From positions 1 to 40,819 of the forward strand of contig CAVSPA010000002.1 in assembly GCA_963729715.1 (NCBI GenBank): DNA of 40,819 nucleotides. Reading direction: 5' to 3'. The notes under the pieces are model-generated. The model was given only the letters and a program-made list of their open reading frames with translations. It made no database searches and was not told the DNA's origin. This document shows positions 38,148 to 40,819 of this stretch, piece by piece. The translations under genes were made by a program, and so were the position numbers. Source of the stretch: an uncultured delta proteobacterium. GTDB lineage: Bacteria; Desulfobacterota; Syntrophia; Syntrophales; UBA2185. Each line of letters starts with the position of its first letter. The stretch's first letter is position 1.

Positions 38148-40600
38148 ACCGCCCCCATTTTCTGCAGATGTTCGTCTACGCGGGCCGCGATGGTCTCTAC
38201 TTCCTTAGTGAGCAGTGGTAGCGGGGTGGCGTACCGGTCGGCCAGTTGGCGGATGCGACCGGTGAGCACCTGCGACACGCGGTTTAATTCGCTCTGCACG
38301 GCAGCAGCCAGCATAGTCAGCCATTTGTCATCCACGACGAGGGTCTTGATCTCGGCCTCGGTGATCTGGCCGTATTTCGCGGCGACCTTGGCCTCCAATT
38401 GCATCTGCCAGTCTTTTACCCGGCTGTTGGCGTCGGCTTCCTTCTCGATGAGGGTGAGGTATTCCTTCAGCGCGTTCAGTTCATCCGCAAATTCACCGTC
38501 GTCCTTGATTTTCCTGATCCTTGCGATGATAGCGGCCTTGGTAATTTTTCCTTTATCATTCTTCACCTCGGCCAGCAGCCCTTCATCCCCTCCGTGTTCC
38601 TCGGCCATTTCTTCCATGCTCTGCACAATGGCGGCAGCCTCGGATTCCAGATTATCAATAGCGGCCTGCTCGGTGGCGAAGTAACGGACGACGAGAACCG
38701 GAACCTGAATCAGGTCTACCTTGAACTTCTGCTTTCCCACCGTGAAGTCCGGCTTTTCCTTGATCTTCTTGTCCTTGTCCTCGATGATCAGTCGCGGCTT
38801 TGCAGCTTCTTTCCAGCCATCGCTGACGATCATATACACATCGTCCTGCATGATTTCGGCCCAGTAATCCATCAGGTGCTGATAGACATCGTAAGGGCCG
38901 AGCAGGGGAGCCTTCCGAAAAGCTCCCAGCAAGTCCTCCGAAAGGGTTTCGATGAGGGCCTTGGGGTGGTCGCCCTTGGCAATGCCCGCGAGTCGCGGGG
39001 CATTCACGGCTTTCCACTGCGAGAACATTGTGGTGACGGAAGCGTTGAATGCGGTAAACTCCGCATGGCCGAAGATGGCGTTTTTGAGCTCAGTCATGGG
39101 TAACTTCAGGCTGCTGTAACCGGGACGTCCCGCCGACTCGAACAGAAGCGGGCGCAGGCTGGGAAATATCCGCCAGTACCTGTCGAGGTCGTCTATATCG
39201 CGGTCGGGGATGCCGCCGCGCAGGTGACCGTCAATGTCCTGCAGGTCCTCGGGCTCGGTGCTGTCGATGTAGCGTGGCAGATTAAGGTTGAAGTCGTTTT
39301 TCGGGTCGCTGATTTCCGAAAGCGGCACCATTCGCGAGTACTTGGGAATCTCCACCTGCCGGGTGAAGGTGTCCACGATCCTGTGGAGATCCCGGGCACG
39401 CAGGCGGTTCTTGTTGCCGTCTTTGATGAAACCCTTGGAAGCGTCGATCATGAAAATGCCCTTGCGGGCATGGGCGTTCTCCTTGTCGAGCACAAGAATG
39501 CAGGCGGGAATGCCGGTGCCATAAAAGAGGTTGGCTGGTAGTCCGATGATACCCTTGATGAAGCCGCGCTTAACAATCTCTCTGCGGATGGCAGCCTCGG
39601 CGCCGCCGCGAAACAGCACGCCGTGGGGATGGATGACCGCGCCCTTTCCCGTGCTCTTAAGACAGGCGAGAATGTGCAGGAGGAACGCGAAATCGCCGTT
39701 CTTCTTCGGCGGAATCCCATAGATAAATCGGCCGTAAAGGTCATTGGCTGGATCAAAGCCGGTGCTCCAGGCTTTGGAGGAGAACGGGAAATTGGCAACG
39801 ACGAAGTCGAAAGTCTTAAGACGGCCATCGTTGCCTTTGAAATGCGGCATTGAGAGAGTGTTGTCCTTCCAGATTTCCGCCGTCTCACAGTCGTGGAGGA
39901 TCATGTTCATCCGCGCCAGCGCGGCAGTGGCATTGTCCATCTCCTGTCCATAAAGGGCCAGATCAAGGCCGGTTTGGCTTTTCGCTTCGTCATGGGCCTT
40001 CAGGAGGAGGGACGCCGAACCACAGGTAGGATCGTGGACGGACTGGTCGGTGTTCTTGGCGTTGCCGATGCCAATGACTTTTGCCATGATTCTGGAGACC
40101 TCCGCCGGTGTGTAGAACTGTCCCTTGCTCTTGCCCGATTCGGTTGCAAAGTGACGCATAAGGTATTCGTAGGCGTCGCCTAGGAGGTCATCGCCGTCTG
40201 CGCGGTTGTTGCGGAAGTCGAGGGCTGGCGTGTTAAAGATGGCCACCAGGTTGGAAAGGCGGTCCACCATCTCCTTTCCTCTGCCAAGCTTTCCCTCGTC
40301 GTTGAAGTCGGCCACATCGATGACACCCCGCAGACCATTGGCCTCGGCCAACTTGCTGACGATCTTGTTGATTTTGTCACCGATTTCCTTATCGCCTTTG
40401 AGCTCCACCATATCGGCGAAGCTGCCTCCCTTGGGCACGTCGAGCAAGTAGCCCTTCTGGCTCGCCGCCTTGTCGGAGACGTACTTCATGAACAACAGGA
40501 CTAGGACGTAGTCCTTATACTGCGAGGCGTCCATGCCGCCGCGTAATTCATCACAGCTTTTCCAGAGGGATGAGTAGAGTTCGGATTTCTTGATGGCCAT
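38138..40600 (-). CDS. hsdM: Type I R-M methyltransferase subunit
   Basis: LWKSCDELRG, GQFYTP, DPTCGSA, YGQE, ANFPF (variant of NPPF), LPANLFYGTGI. Confidence 0.96.
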   Translation of the reverse strand: MAIKKSELYSSLWKSCDELRGGMDASQYKDYVLVLLFMKYVSDKAASQKGYLLDVPKGGSFADMVELKGDKEIGDKINKIVSKLAEANGLRGVIDVADFNDEGKLGRGKEMVDRLSNLVAIFNTPALDFRNNRADGDDLLGDAYEYLMRHFATESGKSKGQFYTPAEVSRIMAKVIGIGNAKNTDQSVHDPTCGSASLLLKAHDEAKSQTGLDLALYGQEMDNATAALARMNMILHDCETAEIWKDNTLSMPHFKGNDGRLKTFDFVVANFPFSSKAWSTGFDPANDLYGRFIYGIPPKKNGDFAFLLHILACLKSTGKGAVIHPHGVLFRGGAEAAIRREIVKRGFIKGIIGLPANLFYGTGIPACILVLDKENAHARKGIFMIDASKGFIKDGNKNRLRARDLHRIVDTFTRQVEIPKYSRMVPLSEISDPKNDFNLNLPRYIDSTEPEDLQDIDGHLRGGIPDRDIDDLDRYWRIFPSLRPLLFESAGRPGYSSLKLPMTELKNAIFGHAEFTAFNASVTTMFSQWKAVNAPRLAGIAKGDHPKALIETLSEDLLGAFRKAPLLGPYDVYQHLMDYWAEIMQDDVYMIVSDGWKEAAKPRLIIEDKDKKIKEKPDFTVGKQKFKVDLIQVPVLVVRYFATEQAAIDNLESEAAAIVQSMEEMAEEHGGDEGLLAEVKNDKGKITKAAIIARIRKIKDDGEFADELNALKEYLTLIEKEADANSRVKDWQMQLEAKVAAKYGQITEAEIKTLVVDDKWLTMLAAAVQSELNRVSQVLTGRIRQLADRYATPLPLLTKEVETIAARVDEHLQKMGAVWS

Positions 40601-40819
40601 AGCGCCCCTTTTCCCAAATGACCGAATGGTTGTGGAAAGATTGCAAACTCATGACCGCTTTGAAGAGTTATGATGTGACTTCTATAATTTTTTTTGGATT
40701 GTGTCAAATCCGGAAGTTCAAGAAGCAAGTAAATTCAACATCAAGAGAAATGAGCGGTCAAGCGGTACACATTTCAAACCATATTCAATGCACTCGCCCG
40801 AATGGTTATGGTGTAGACT

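Larger units (their letters stand above)
15071..40819. mobile_element. Defence-rich genomic island (far end outside window)
   Basis: Begins at the tRNA-fragment att; cargo is TA, R-M, cassettes and a STAND protein. Its integrase is not in the window, so the extent is inferred. Confidence 0.6.

Noticed and set aside
31375..40728. Many antisense and overlapping ORFs (also 8703-9422, 19679-23503, 29024-30915)
   Set aside because: Shadows of well-supported genes in GC-rich coding DNA; no motifs of their own recognised.

Overview
Accessory, mosaic region with no core genes; gene and attC styles tentatively suggest a Deltaproteobacterium-like host (inference only). A 23-bp tRNA 3'-end copy at 15048-15070 is an att site separating two islands. 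Left part (1-15.0 kb): start of an IS256, a complete IS110 with a recognisable bridge-RNA region, small metabolic and secreted-protein genes, an FGE-domain gene with a DGR-like variable end, and fragments of two tyrosine recombinases and a DUF1214 gene. Right part (15.1-40.8 kb): a defence-rich island with an intact AbiE pair, a second AbiEi with a decayed toxin, a CHAT-protease/STAND-ATPase/TPR protein, integron cassettes with attC sites but no integrase (DUF4238, HEPN, hypotheticals), a PrrC/RloC-like ABC ATPase, and a type I R-M operon with two extra nuclease-fold genes. The most notable unexplained signal is non-coding: six copies of a 28-bp 11-6-11 dif-like site (TTTTAAGATAA-N6-NNNTCTTAAAA) with conserved flanks, lying between gene modules across both islands, which suggests a second, Xer-like cassette system interleaved with attC cassettes. 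Also seen: a thrice-repeated promoter/leader/terminator unit, a five-copy bipartite boundary motif and a ~300-nt nested inverted-repeat region. All calls were made by eye; no searches were run.
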